A DNA stretch of 41,290 bases from a virus. Lineage: Duplodnaviria > Caudoviricetes. The stretch's first letter is position 1; each line of letters starts with the position of its first letter. A program made the position numbers and the translations under genes. Location of the stretch: the IMG/VR virus record IMGVR_UViG_3300017747_002462, positions 1 through 41,290 of that record; one strand, given 5' to 3'. Shown piece after piece: positions 15,417-23,370 of this stretch. The notes beneath the pieces were generated by a model. That model was not told the DNA's origin and did no database searches. It was given only the letters and a program-made list of their open reading frames with translations.

Positions 15417-15762
15417 GGATGTGACGGCTCAGCCCACGGGGCTTTCGCCTGCGCTGCGCGCGCAAGAGGAAAAAGACTTCGCGCCGGGCAGTCACGGTTG
15501 CCACGAGGCGCTGCACATGGCGAGCTTTTTTGCCGCTGCCGTTGACTCGAACTTGTGTGACCACCCAGCGATTGCGCAAAACCCAGCGTGGATGGACTTA
15601 GCGCAAGACGCGGCCGACGCTTTGTTCAAGCTCTACCAAGCCATCGGCAACGAACACATGAAGGAAATCCCAGACCAGCCGCGCGGCTTGAGCGCAGCCG
15701 AGGCGCCTAGCGCCGCTGGCGTCACACCTGAATCAGACACGCCCGCAGAGGCTGCGCCATGA
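15409..15762 (+). CDS. Cassette-containing hypothetical protein (117 aa)
   Basis: GAGGG RBS; VTAQPTGLSPALRAQ...QPRGLSAAEAPSAAGVT flanks a helical core. Confidence 0.75.
   Translation: MNEDVTAQPTGLSPALRAQEEKDFAPGSHGCHEALHMASFFAAAVDSNLCDHPAIAQNPAWMDLAQDAADALFKLYQAIGNEHMKEIPDQPRGLSAAEAPSAAGVTPESDTPAEAAP
15422..15724 (+). mobile_element. Putative in-frame cassette B (303 bp)
   Basis: Left TGACggctc-AGCCC-acg-GGGCT-tTCG-cctgcgctgcgcgcgcaag; right (inward) TGACgccagc-GGCGC-tag-GCGCC-TCG-gctgcgctcaagccgcgcggc; inner segments nearly identical to those of cassette A. Confidence 0.75.
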
Positions 15763-16052
15763 CAGAGATATCCCACAACGGCATCTACACTCCCGCTGAG
15801 GCGGCGGAACTAGTGGGCGTCAAGCTGACCTTCATCAAGACGCAGATCAAGGAAGGCCGTCTTACTGCGTATCGTCTCGGAGCGAAGGTATTGAGGATCA
15901 AGGGGAGTGACTTGTTGGCATGGTTCGAAGGGCAACGGATACCGTCGGCAAGTATGGCCTCATGCGAACCAAGCAGGGATGGTTTGCCTTCTGGGACGAC
16001 AAAGGTCGCCGAGCGCGCGGCCGGATCGGTCTCCCGTTCTCTGCGTCAGTAG
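15759..16052 (+). CDS. xis: Excisionase (HTH_17-like)
   Basis: YTPAEAAELVGVKLTFIKTQIKEGRLTAYRLGAKVLRI; directly before int. Confidence 0.8.
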   Translation: MTEISHNGIYTPAEAAELVGVKLTFIKTQIKEGRLTAYRLGAKVLRIKGSDLLAWFEGQRIPSASMASCEPSRDGLPSGTTKVAERAAGSVSRSLRQ

Positions 16053-17023
16053 GCGAGGCGAGGGCAGCGTTTGCGTTGTGGGTGCGAAGCCGAGATGCGG
16101 CGCTCGCACAGGATGGCAAGCTGACAGTCGGCGAGATCATGGAACGCTACATCGAGGACCGGCGCAAAGAGGGAAAGCGCTCCGACAAGATGCGGTTTCA
16201 ATGGAAGGCGCTCAAAGCGACTTTCGAGCATCTGCAACCCGGCGACCTCGTGAGCGAGATCATCGTCGAAGGCGAAAAGCGCACTCGCTGCCACAAGTAC
16301 GCGGTCGAGCGATCAGCCAAGGGGATAGCACGCGACACCATCCATTCCGAACTCGCTCTACTGAGGACGGCAATCAATTGGGCAGTCGCACATGGTCACA
16401 TCAACCGCGTGAAGGTGTGGGTGCCGAGTCCGGGAGAAGCGCGGCGCACGGCACTGGATGCCGACCAGATCGTGCGCCTGTTGGGAGCCATCCTTGAGGC
16501 GACGCCGCATATCCGGCTGCTCATGCTGATCGCGATGGCGACGGGCGCCCGTATGCAGGCCATCCTCGACCTGACGTGGGATCGGGTTGACCTCGAACGC
16601 GGTGTGATCAACTTCAACCACAAGCGCGAGCGGAGCATCCTCGACACGTCTCACCAGAAGGGGCGTGCCGTCGTGGACATCGGCGACGAGCTGATCGTGT
16701 GGCTGCGCAAGCACCAGGAGTTCGCCGGCAATCGTCCCTATGTGATCGAGTACCACGGCAAGAAGGTCGGGAGCCCCAAGAAGGCAGTCAGGGCCGTGTT
16801 CAAGCGGGCAGGTGTCGAAGGACAGTTCCTCGGCTTGCACGCCTTGCGTCACACGCTGGCGACGTCAGCAGCAGCGGCAGGGATAGACATGCGGAAAGTT
16901 CAACGCATGTTAGGCCACGACGACATCAGGACGACAGAGAGCGTGTACGTGGAGTTTCAGCGTGGGGCGTTGAGCGAAGTCGCAAGCGTTGGCGATGCAC
17001 ATATCAAGAGGCTGGCGAGATGA
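15920..17023 (+). CDS. int: Tyrosine recombinase/integrase
   Basis: ATGARMQAILDLTW (R), QKGR (K), HALRHT (H-x-x-R), LGH, VY catalytic set. Confidence 0.95.
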   Translation: MVRRATDTVGKYGLMRTKQGWFAFWDDKGRRARGRIGLPFSASVGEARAAFALWVRSRDAALAQDGKLTVGEIMERYIEDRRKEGKRSDKMRFQWKALKATFEHLQPGDLVSEIIVEGEKRTRCHKYAVERSAKGIARDTIHSELALLRTAINWAVAHGHINRVKVWVPSPGEARRTALDADQIVRLLGAILEATPHIRLLMLIAMATGARMQAILDLTWDRVDLERGVINFNHKRERSILDTSHQKGRAVVDIGDELIVWLRKHQEFAGNRPYVIEYHGKKVGSPKKAVRAVFKRAGVEGQFLGLHALRHTLATSAAAAGIDMRKVQRMLGHDDIRTTESVYVEFQRGALSEVASVGDAHIKRLAR

Positions 17024-17247
17024 GCATTGACAAGAAAGTCGCGACATTTGCCCGCGAATGGTTCGCGGCATTCACCGGCGACGAAGACCACTACGACATC
17101 GAACGCCTGGATGGGAAAAGCCGGAACACCCATGCAACGCTCGATCAATTCGTCGACGAGCTTTGCGAGTTGATCATCGACGCGGAATTGGCGGCCAGGA
17201 AGGAAGGCCAGAGCACCCATTTTAACACCGTTAAGTCACGCTCGTGA
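17020..17247 (+). CDS. Hypothetical protein (75 aa) between int and attP
   Basis: ATGA-coupled to int. Confidence 0.6.
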   Translation: MSIDKKVATFAREWFAAFTGDEDHYDIERLDGKSRNTHATLDQFVDELCELIIDAELAARKEGQSTHFNTVKSRS

Positions 17248-17458
17248 CATATGATCTATAAGAAACTTACGGAATTGCGCGCTAAGTCATTGATTGGGAT
17301 GGTGGGCGGTGCCGGGGTTGAACCGACGACCCCTACCATGTCAAGGTACAGCGCGAAGCGTCGTAGAGTTGATTTTGTTGGTGTTTGGCGTGAGTTTGCC
17401 GCCAGAACGTATCGTGAATCGACGCGTAGAGGATTTTCATAAGTCACGGCTGTGACAT
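17232..17458. repeat. Pair of TAAGTCACG-N3-GTGACAT sites flanking the attP core (probable arm or accessory binding sites)
   Basis: 17232-17250 and 17440-17458, 16/19 identical, each internally palindromic (GTCAC..GTGAC). Confidence 0.7.
17300..17348 (-). other. attP: attP core: 3' half of tRNA-Val(GAC)
   Basis: Minus strand TACCTTGACATGGTAGGGGTCGTCGGTTCAACCCCGGCACCGCCCACCA = anticodon arm (GAC), T arm and CCA end, with no 5' half; downstream of int. Confidence 0.9.
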
Positions 17459-17477
17459 TAGAGAAGGGAGCACTTCG

Positions 17478-17837
17478 GTGGAAGACGAAATTGAGAAGTT
17501 AGCAATCAGCTACGCTGGCGCGAATTTCCGCGACCGCCAAAACAAGACCTACCGGCCTTTTCACGAGACCGCCTACGCGTCGTGGACGCTGCCGGAATTC
17601 AAGCGGCTGATTGATTACATAGCGGCCGATCTTCCAGAGGGCGCCGAGGATGTCACTCTGGAACTCGATGGCGGCCACGACGAGACCGCCAGTCTCAAGA
17701 TCGAGTTCGTCGCCTTGGAGAGCGAGGCCGACCAGCAGAACAGGATCTCCAAGGCCTTAGCCTACGCCAAGGACAAGCTCGACAGGGAGCGCAAAGAGTA
17801 CGAGCGCCTAAGGGGCAAGTTCGACCCAGCCGCATGA
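17478..17837 (+). CDS. Hypothetical protein (119 aa), moron next to attP
   Basis: GGGAG RBS, GTG start. Confidence 0.7.
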   Translation: MEDEIEKLAISYAGANFRDRQNKTYRPFHETAYASWTLPEFKRLIDYIAADLPEGAEDVTLELDGGHDETASLKIEFVALESEADQQNRISKALAYAKDKLDRERKEYERLRGKFDPAA

Positions 17838-17887
17838 ACACTGAACCACCTAGCTCCCTCCCCACAGGGTAGGAGAACTTCGATAGC

Positions 17888-18123
17888 GCCCGCACAGAGG
17901 GGTAGGAGGGAAGATGAGCATCTAGCAGGGCGGCGGCGTGGAAAGCAGACACGCGCGCTAGGAAATGGTGCTGGGGAGGTCGTCACGGGGCGCCCCAGAG
18001 CGTGTGGATGGCAAGGTAGGCCGTGAACTCGCCTTATCCTTCCCGACAGCCGGAGTAGCGCCCGGCCCGCCCTGCTAGATGCTCAACCGTTGATGCCCGC
18101 ACAGAGGGGTAGGAGGGAAGATG
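17888..18123 (+). repeat. 29-bp perfect direct repeat GCCCGCACAGAGGGGTAGGAGGGAAGATG (contains RBS and ATG)
   Basis: Copies at 17888-17916 and 18095-18123. Confidence 0.95.
17915..18085 (+). ncRNA. Putative tRNA-shaped structured RNA of unknown family
   Basis: 19-bp perfect closing stem (17915-17933/18067-18085), 2-nt linker, D-like arm GCGTG-gaaagcaga-CACGC, 94-nt middle, T-like arm GCCGG-agtagcgc-CCGGC contiguous with the closing stem. Confidence 0.65.
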
Positions 18124-18381
18124 GAAATTCGCATCGAGAAGAGTGAGCCGAAGCGTCTCGCCGAGTACCGCGAAGCCGCCCGCGCCCATTGCCTAGAGAT
18201 GAGCCCGCCAGCCACACGCTGGGAAGCTCGGCAGATTTACAAGTTCCATAGAGACGGCGGGTTCCTGATTCTCAGGTGCACAGCAGACAACACTGAGGCG
18301 ATTACGATCTCAACCTCGCCGAAGATGTCAAACCCCCATCACCCACAGATAGTAGAGCACCCTGACGGCGAGCAAGCCTAG
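18121..18381 (+). CDS. Hypothetical protein (86 aa), moron
   Basis: RBS and ATG supplied by the second 29-bp repeat. Confidence 0.65.
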   Translation: MEIRIEKSEPKRLAEYREAARAHCLEMSPPATRWEARQIYKFHRDGGFLILRCTADNTEAITISTSPKMSNPHHPQIVEHPDGEQA

Positions 18382-18410
18382 GGCTGCCCATGCCGTCCAG
18401 CACAGGAACG

Positions 18411-18611
18411 TCACGAGCCTTTCAGCACGACTGCGATCAGCTTTGCCACCGTTTCGGCTTTCAGGTGTCCAAGCAGCGCGGACATCCATAAAGCCAACAT
18501 GACGGCTAATCGCACGCTCCAATGCTTCACCTTCGAGACCGTAAGCTCTAAGGCCGTGACTCTCTGATCGATCTGGCCGACGCGAAACGAAAGCCCCTCC
18601 GTGTGTTGCAT
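18411..18611 (-). CDS. Small membrane protein at the end of the lysis cluster (holin/XhlA-like layout)
   Basis: Short coiled coil RVTALE followed by a TM segment. Confidence 0.5.
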   Translation of the reverse strand: MQHTEGLSFRVGQIDQRVTALELTVSKVKHWSVRLAVMLALWMSALLGHLKAETVAKLIAVVLKGS

Positions 18612-18628
18612 CGGTCATCTTGTCCCTC

Positions 18629-18892
18629 TCAGGATTTGGCTTTGTCTTGCCCAGGCACGCAACCCCAAGCCGGCCGGGCGTTGTTGTTACCTTCGATCTG
18701 CGATGCCGTGGCGTCGGTCAGCTTGTCGGCTTTGCTGATCGACTGGTGACGCCACGAGCGGCACAGTTCCTCGGCGGTGACGACGTAGGACTTCGCGCAA
18801 CCGCTAACAATCACGGCAGCTAGTAGAGCGGAGACGATCAGCGGCGCCCGGAGCTTTCGCTTTCTCGTGTGCTTTGGATGCGAGCTTTTCAT
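18629..18892 (-). CDS. Lipoprotein, probable o-spanin (Rz1-like)
   Basis: Signal peptide with lipobox IVSG-C; overlaps the upstream TM gene in another frame. Confidence 0.65.
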   Translation of the reverse strand: MKSSHPKHTRKRKLRAPLIVSALLAAVIVSGCAKSYVVTAEELCRSWRHQSISKADKLTDATASQIEGNNNARPAWGCVPGQDKAKS

Positions 18893-19052
18893 TCTTCTTC
18901 CCCTCTTGCTTGCTGGCCTCGATGACGGCCTCACCGCCTTTCTTGTACGCCTTGACGCCCACGATACCTGTCCACACGGCGAATGCCGCGACGAGGATAT
19001 GCCAAGGCTGCAGGAACCGAGTCCAAGCCAGCCATCCGATTACGATGCTCAT
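18804..19052 (-). CDS. Probable i-spanin (Rz-like)
   Basis: N-terminal TM, helical region, C-terminal CRDC; follows the endolysin. Confidence 0.6.
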   Translation of the reverse strand: MSIVIGWLAWTRFLQPWHILVAAFAVWTGIVGVKAYKKGGEAVIEASKQEGKKNEKLASKAHEKAKAPGAADRLRSTSCRDC

Positions 19053-19858
19053 CCGGGCTTCCCTTCCGATGCTGCCGAGAACCGGCGAGAGATGATGATG
19101 ATGATGCCGCCGATGGTCATGCAGCCGAGCAGCTCTATGGTGCTGACCTTGGCCGCCGATGCGACGAGGCCCAGCGGCGTCTTTGCCCCGGCAACCGTCT
19201 GCGCCATGTCGAAGCCCGACGATAGAACCTCATAGGCGGCTTCGACCTTCGCCATCACAAACGTGCCGCCGGCCGTGATCGCCCCCCAGATCGTCCAGCT
19301 TTCCTTTGCCGCCTCTGCGATGCGCGTTTCAGGCTTGCTGAGCGGCAATTCGTTTGTCGGCGATGGAGCTACAGCCGCTGGCGGATCGACCGCTGCAACC
19401 GCCTCCAGGGCCGCGGTAGGCAGCGCCAGCGTATGAGCCTGCGCCCACTCGTCTTCACTCATGGGGTAGGCTTGTCCGGCTTCCTGAAGTGCCATTGCCT
19501 GAGCGAGTGGGATTGCGATCTCGGGATTGCAGACCATGCCGCGCGTCAACACGGTGTCGGCAGTGACGCCGGCTTTCTTCTCGAGCACGGTCAGGTACGT
19601 AGACACGTAATAGCCGCCGCACCATTTCGTGATCGCTTCCCGAACCGTGCGCTTGCCGTCAGCGTAGGACGGGCTTGCGAGCAGATAGAACATCGCCGCC
19701 GCGCCTTGGGCATCGGTCGGGAACGTCGCTATCTTGTGCACGCCGTCCTTTGACTTGAGCGTTTCGAAGGTCGTCGACCCGAACCGCTTTGAGACGGCTC
19801 CTGGGTACTGAGCCCCCGGATTCTTATTGCGAATGCTTGCCGGAACTCGCTTGCTCAT
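19049..19858 (-). CDS. Probable endolysin (lysozyme-like SIRNxNPG family) with C-terminal hydrophobic segments
   Basis: SIRNKNPGA..FPTDAQGAAAM..TVREAITKW..AMALQEAG; position ahead of the spanin-like genes. Confidence 0.65.
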   Translation of the reverse strand: MSKRVPASIRNKNPGAQYPGAVSKRFGSTTFETLKSKDGVHKIATFPTDAQGAAAMFYLLASPSYADGKRTVREAITKWCGGYYVSTYLTVLEKKAGVTADTVLTRGMVCNPEIAIPLAQAMALQEAGQAYPMSEDEWAQAHTLALPTAALEAVAAVDPPAAVAPSPTNELPLSKPETRIAEAAKESWTIWGAITAGGTFVMAKVEAAYEVLSSGFDMAQTVAGAKTPLGLVASAAKVSTIELLGCMTIGGIIIIISRRFSAASEGKPG

Positions 19859-20952
19859 GAGAACACCCCCGTGAAGATGATCTTGTTAAGGATGATGGTA
19901 GGCTGCACGTTGTTGTGAGCGTCACCAGAGCCGGCAGGACCTGACAATGCACGATCAGGAGCCGTGTCGCGGCCCTGCGCGGTATAGGCAGCGTCGCCGG
20001 AGCCCGTGCGGGATTCCGACAGATAGTTGGTGGCGTCTGGCGTCGCGGTCGACCCACCGGAAGCGGTCAGAAGATGGTCATGGGTCGCTAGTTCTGCTTC
20101 TGTAAGCTCGTGCGTCTCAGCGCCGCCAGTGTCGCCGAGCGTGTCGCCGTCGAGGCCACCAGACTGATCCGTTAGCCGGTTCGCGCTCGTGCCGCCCATG
20201 TCGTCTTGACCAGCAACCACGCGACCGCGGATGTCAGGAAGGTTGAACGTCGTCGACCCGTCGCCGACGCCATACGTGGTCGAAATCGCCGTAAATAGGT
20301 CGGCATACGTGGTTCGGGAGATCGCCTGTCCGTAGCAGAGCAGCCAGCCATTCGGAGCGGTCGCCCCGGCGTAGTCGGAGACAGCGCCGACCATCGACGA
20401 AATCATGGTCAGGACGTTCTGCAGGCCAAGGCTTGCGCGAGCTGTCGCGCCGCTCTCTGCAACGATTGCCGTGCCGTTGCCGACGTAGAAGTTGCCATCA
20501 GCTACCGAAAGCGCATCAAACGCGCTTCCGTATGAGCTATGCAGAATCCATTCGTCAGTCGAGAGGCGATATGTGGCGCCATAGATAGAGCCAGCAATCA
20601 ACCTGCCTTCGACAATGTGCACAGTCGTATACTGGCGCAGAGCCTTTGCCCCGAGGCTGTCGACATTGATCGTTGCTCCGCTCGATCCGGTATTGCCTGA
20701 ATGACAGCGGAAGCAGACGGATATTCCATCCGCCAAGCTCGTGAACGTCTGATTGGTCGTCAGCGTGTACGTCGGCTGCGTGCCAGCCGTTGCGATCATG
20801 CCTGCGGTGTCGTCACGATACTTGGCCGTGGCCGCCATCATTGCGCGAGCAGACCCATTGACAGAGCCTGGGCTTTGCCCCTCCTGCCAATTGATAGAGC
20901 TGTCGGCAACCGTATTGCTGAGAGCGGTTTTTGACCAAGTAAATAGGCTCAT
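19855..20952 (-). CDS. Tail fibre protein with tail-collar domain
   Basis: GAVSDYAGATAPNGWLLCYGQAISRTTYADLFTAI..FNLPDIRGR...HNNVQPTIILNKII. Confidence 0.9.
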   Translation of the reverse strand: MSLFTWSKTALSNTVADSSINWQEGQSPGSVNGSARAMMAATAKYRDDTAGMIATAGTQPTYTLTTNQTFTSLADGISVCFRCHSGNTGSSGATINVDSLGAKALRQYTTVHIVEGRLIAGSIYGATYRLSTDEWILHSSYGSAFDALSVADGNFYVGNGTAIVAESGATARASLGLQNVLTMISSMVGAVSDYAGATAPNGWLLCYGQAISRTTYADLFTAISTTYGVGDGSTTFNLPDIRGRVVAGQDDMGGTSANRLTDQSGGLDGDTLGDTGGAETHELTEAELATHDHLLTASGGSTATPDATNYLSESRTGSGDAAYTAQGRDTAPDRALSGPAGSGDAHNNVQPTIILNKIIFTGVFS

Positions 20953-21146
20953 TTTTCTCTATCCTGCGACAGCGAGTAGCTGCTTGAAGACTCTTGAACC
21001 AGCGTCCCGTCCTTGATCATCGCTCGCACCGTCTCGCCGTCGACCTCGCCGACCTCGGAAAGATGCCAGCGTCCATCTATCGTCTGGTAGACGCGACGGA
21101 ACGCGCGCTGCTGCATAAGTGTGACGATTTGGTTCCTGATACTCAT
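20949..21146 (-). CDS. Small hypothetical protein (65 aa) between the fibre genes
   Basis: MSIRNQIVTLMQQRAFRRVYQTIDGRWHL...; ATGA-coupled to the next gene. Confidence 0.5.
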   Translation of the reverse strand: MSIRNQIVTLMQQRAFRRVYQTIDGRWHLSEVGEVDGETVRAMIKDGTLVQESSSSYSLSQDREK

Positions 21147-21150
21147 GTGA

Positions 21151-22500
21151 TCACCCGCAGTTGTAGACGCCAGAAACAACGATGAACTCGCCATCTGCTC
21201 CAGGGTAGGAGCCGTCCATTTTGTAGATGTAGACCTGAGTTGGTGCAGTGCCTTCGCCGCGAAACCATACTGGAATGTTTGCAGTCGCCGCCACGCCGAT
21301 GCCGTTGACATTGCCCGCGGCACCAGTGGCGATTGTCGGGAGGTCAAGCACGATCGCACCGGCAGCCGTGCCGTTGGTGGTGATCGTGATGCGCGCACGC
21401 CAGAAGCACGTTTTGCCGATCTTCTTAAATGCGCCCGCAGCGCTGGCGGACGTGAACGTGCCGCTTGTTGCTGCGACGGTCGGCGTTGTTGTTGTCCATG
21501 CGCCGCCGATGTCTTCGCCGTTTACCGCGAGCAGAACGGAGTCAATATCGGCCGCAGCAACTGCTGGCGTGATCGATATTGATGCAGCCTCGTATCCGAG
21601 CAAAAGCACGTTGGACGCATCGACGGCCAGAACATTCAAGTCAGCGCTGTTCGCTGCGTTTCTGGCGCGAATGGCTATGTTGTTGGGGATGATGATTGCG
21701 GCGTAGCTCTGCGAGCCACGAGAGAGATCAAGCCCAACTACTGTCGCCGCGCGTGATGCAAAAGCGGTATCGTCAACGGAATCCTCAGCGACGAGGAAGC
21801 CAGTGCGGAACGGCTCGGCGCTGTATGGGTTGGTCAGGAATCCCGCGTCACTCTTGGCCGTGCCCTCGCCGGTTGCGATAACGCCAGCGGCAAAGTTGTC
21901 CTTGTCGAAGAATGCGTGTGTTAGCTGATCGACAGCGGTGTTGTTCTGTACCCATCCCTCAAGTGCGATAAGGTAATCCCAAGCGACGTTCGTATCGCAT
22001 CCTGCGACGGCAACGGCGCCATAACCAGCGCCGCCTGTATCCATCACTGTGCCATGGAAGCGCCCACCCTCGACGAACGAACCGGACCCGCCGACCTGAT
22101 CCTGAGCTTCACCATAGACGGCAGTGGCCCGCGCAAGGCTCGTCGTGCTGTTCTTGAAGATCGAAGCGTAGATGGTCGCGTTGACGCTGCCGGCTGTCGT
22201 ATGCGCCCCGCTGGAGTGCTTCTGAGCAATCACCGCCGCGTCGATAGATGCTGACGGAGAGCCTGTGCTTCCCATCAAGAATTTTGCGATGGTCGCAGCG
22301 TCCGTGCCGCCGTAGTTGGCCGATGACGTATAGGTGCCTGTGCCTGCGAAAAACGCATCGCGATAGGCAGCAATCGCAGCCATAAGCGCGCGTGCGGAAT
22401 TGTTCACGCTGCCGGGTGACTGGCCCTCCCTCCAGTTGATATCTGGAAGGTCCGCCGTCGCGTTATCGATCGCGGTCGTGGACCAGTTCTCGACGCCCAT
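21151..22500 (-). CDS. Second tail fibre/receptor-binding protein
   Basis: N-terminus INWREGQSPGSVNNSARALMAA is homologous to the 19855-20952 fibre; Gly/Ala/Thr-rich body; C-terminal FKKIGKTCF beta domain. Confidence 0.8.
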   Translation of the reverse strand: MGVENWSTTAIDNATADLPDINWREGQSPGSVNNSARALMAAIAAYRDAFFAGTGTYTSSANYGGTDAATIAKFLMGSTGSPSASIDAAVIAQKHSSGAHTTAGSVNATIYASIFKNSTTSLARATAVYGEAQDQVGGSGSFVEGGRFHGTVMDTGGAGYGAVAVAGCDTNVAWDYLIALEGWVQNNTAVDQLTHAFFDKDNFAAGVIATGEGTAKSDAGFLTNPYSAEPFRTGFLVAEDSVDDTAFASRAATVVGLDLSRGSQSYAAIIIPNNIAIRARNAANSADLNVLAVDASNVLLLGYEAASISITPAVAAADIDSVLLAVNGEDIGGAWTTTTPTVAATSGTFTSASAAGAFKKIGKTCFWRARITITTNGTAAGAIVLDLPTIATGAAGNVNGIGVAATANIPVWFRGEGTAPTQVYIYKMDGSYPGADGEFIVVSGVYNCG

Positions 22501-22503
22501 CGA

Positions 22504-23370
22504 TTAGCCTCCGAGGCCTAGTTTTTGGCGCTTGGCGAGTGATGCCATGAGTGATTGCAAATCGACGGGACGTTGTGCCTGAGCGGGGCCTGCGAACATC
22601 GATTGATCCGGCTGGCCTGCGGCGGTTCGCATGGCTGATTGCGCGCCGGCAGAGTCGCCCTGCGGTCCGCTCGGAGCGCCCCCACCGCCTCCACCCATAG
22701 AGAATGGCGTACCGCCTCCCATGGGAGAGCCACCCATTCCAGCACCAGCAGAGCCACCGCCAGCCATGGTTGAACCTGCGGCTGCAGCAGTTCCCATTCC
22801 AGGAACGGCCATTCCTAGAAGCGTGGCGAGCATGGGCAGCATGGCGTCGTTTCCTTGTGCTGAGGCAGTTCTGACGGGAGACTGAGAAACGGGCGTCACG
22901 GGGCTTCCTTGGGGCTCCTGCGGGCCACCACGGAATAGGTCGTAGCCTTGCCGCCAAGTTTCAGGATTTACGGGACCGGCCGAGCCTCGACCTTCGTGCC
23001 TAGCCATCTTGTCGAAGAACTGAGTCATGCGCTCACGGTCGCCGATGAATGAATCGTCGACGATGGCGTTAGGGTCGAAGCCTTCAGGGACGTTGACGCT
23101 GCCGTTCCCGCCGCGCCACTTGGCGACAGCATCTCCGAGACGCATCCCGCGATAGTTGCGCGCGAAGTTGTCCATGTTTGCCGCAGCGCCGTGCGCCTCG
23201 GTCGGAAACTTCGCGATCTTGTGGCCGCCACCGATGACGCCGAAGCCCTCCATGCCGTACTTGGCAGCGGCAGAGCTTGGATACTGAGCGCCGGGGTTGT
23301 TGTAGCGAACGGCAGCCGTTCTCCCGTCGTAGGGAACGTCAAGCAACTGCCATGGGTATGGACCAGCCAC
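22504..23370 (-). CDS. Virion-associated lysozyme-like protein
   Basis: AVRYNNPGAQYP..HKIAKFPTEAHGAAA, paralogous to the endolysin domain; Gly/Met-rich tail. Confidence 0.7.
   Translation of the reverse strand: MAGPYPWQLLDVPYDGRTAAVRYNNPGAQYPSSAAAKYGMEGFGVIGGGHKIAKFPTEAHGAAANMDNFARNYRGMRLGDAVAKWRGGNGSVNVPEGFDPNAIVDDSFIGDRERMTQFFDKMARHEGRGSAGPVNPETWRQGYDLFRGGPQEPQGSPVTPVSQSPVRTASAQGNDAMLPMLATLLGMAVPGMGTAAAAGSTMAGGGSAGAGMGGSPMGGGTPFSMGGGGGGAPSGPQGDSAGAQSAMRTAAGQPDQSMFAGPAQAQRPVDLQSLMASLAKRQKLGLGG

Noticed and set aside
17300-17348. Functional tRNA-Val gene
   Set aside because: Only the anticodon arm to CCA is present, with no D arm or 5' acceptor strand; it is the attP core
21151-22500. Diversity-generating retroelement target
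   Set aside because: No reverse transcriptase and no template/variable repeat pair seen in the genome
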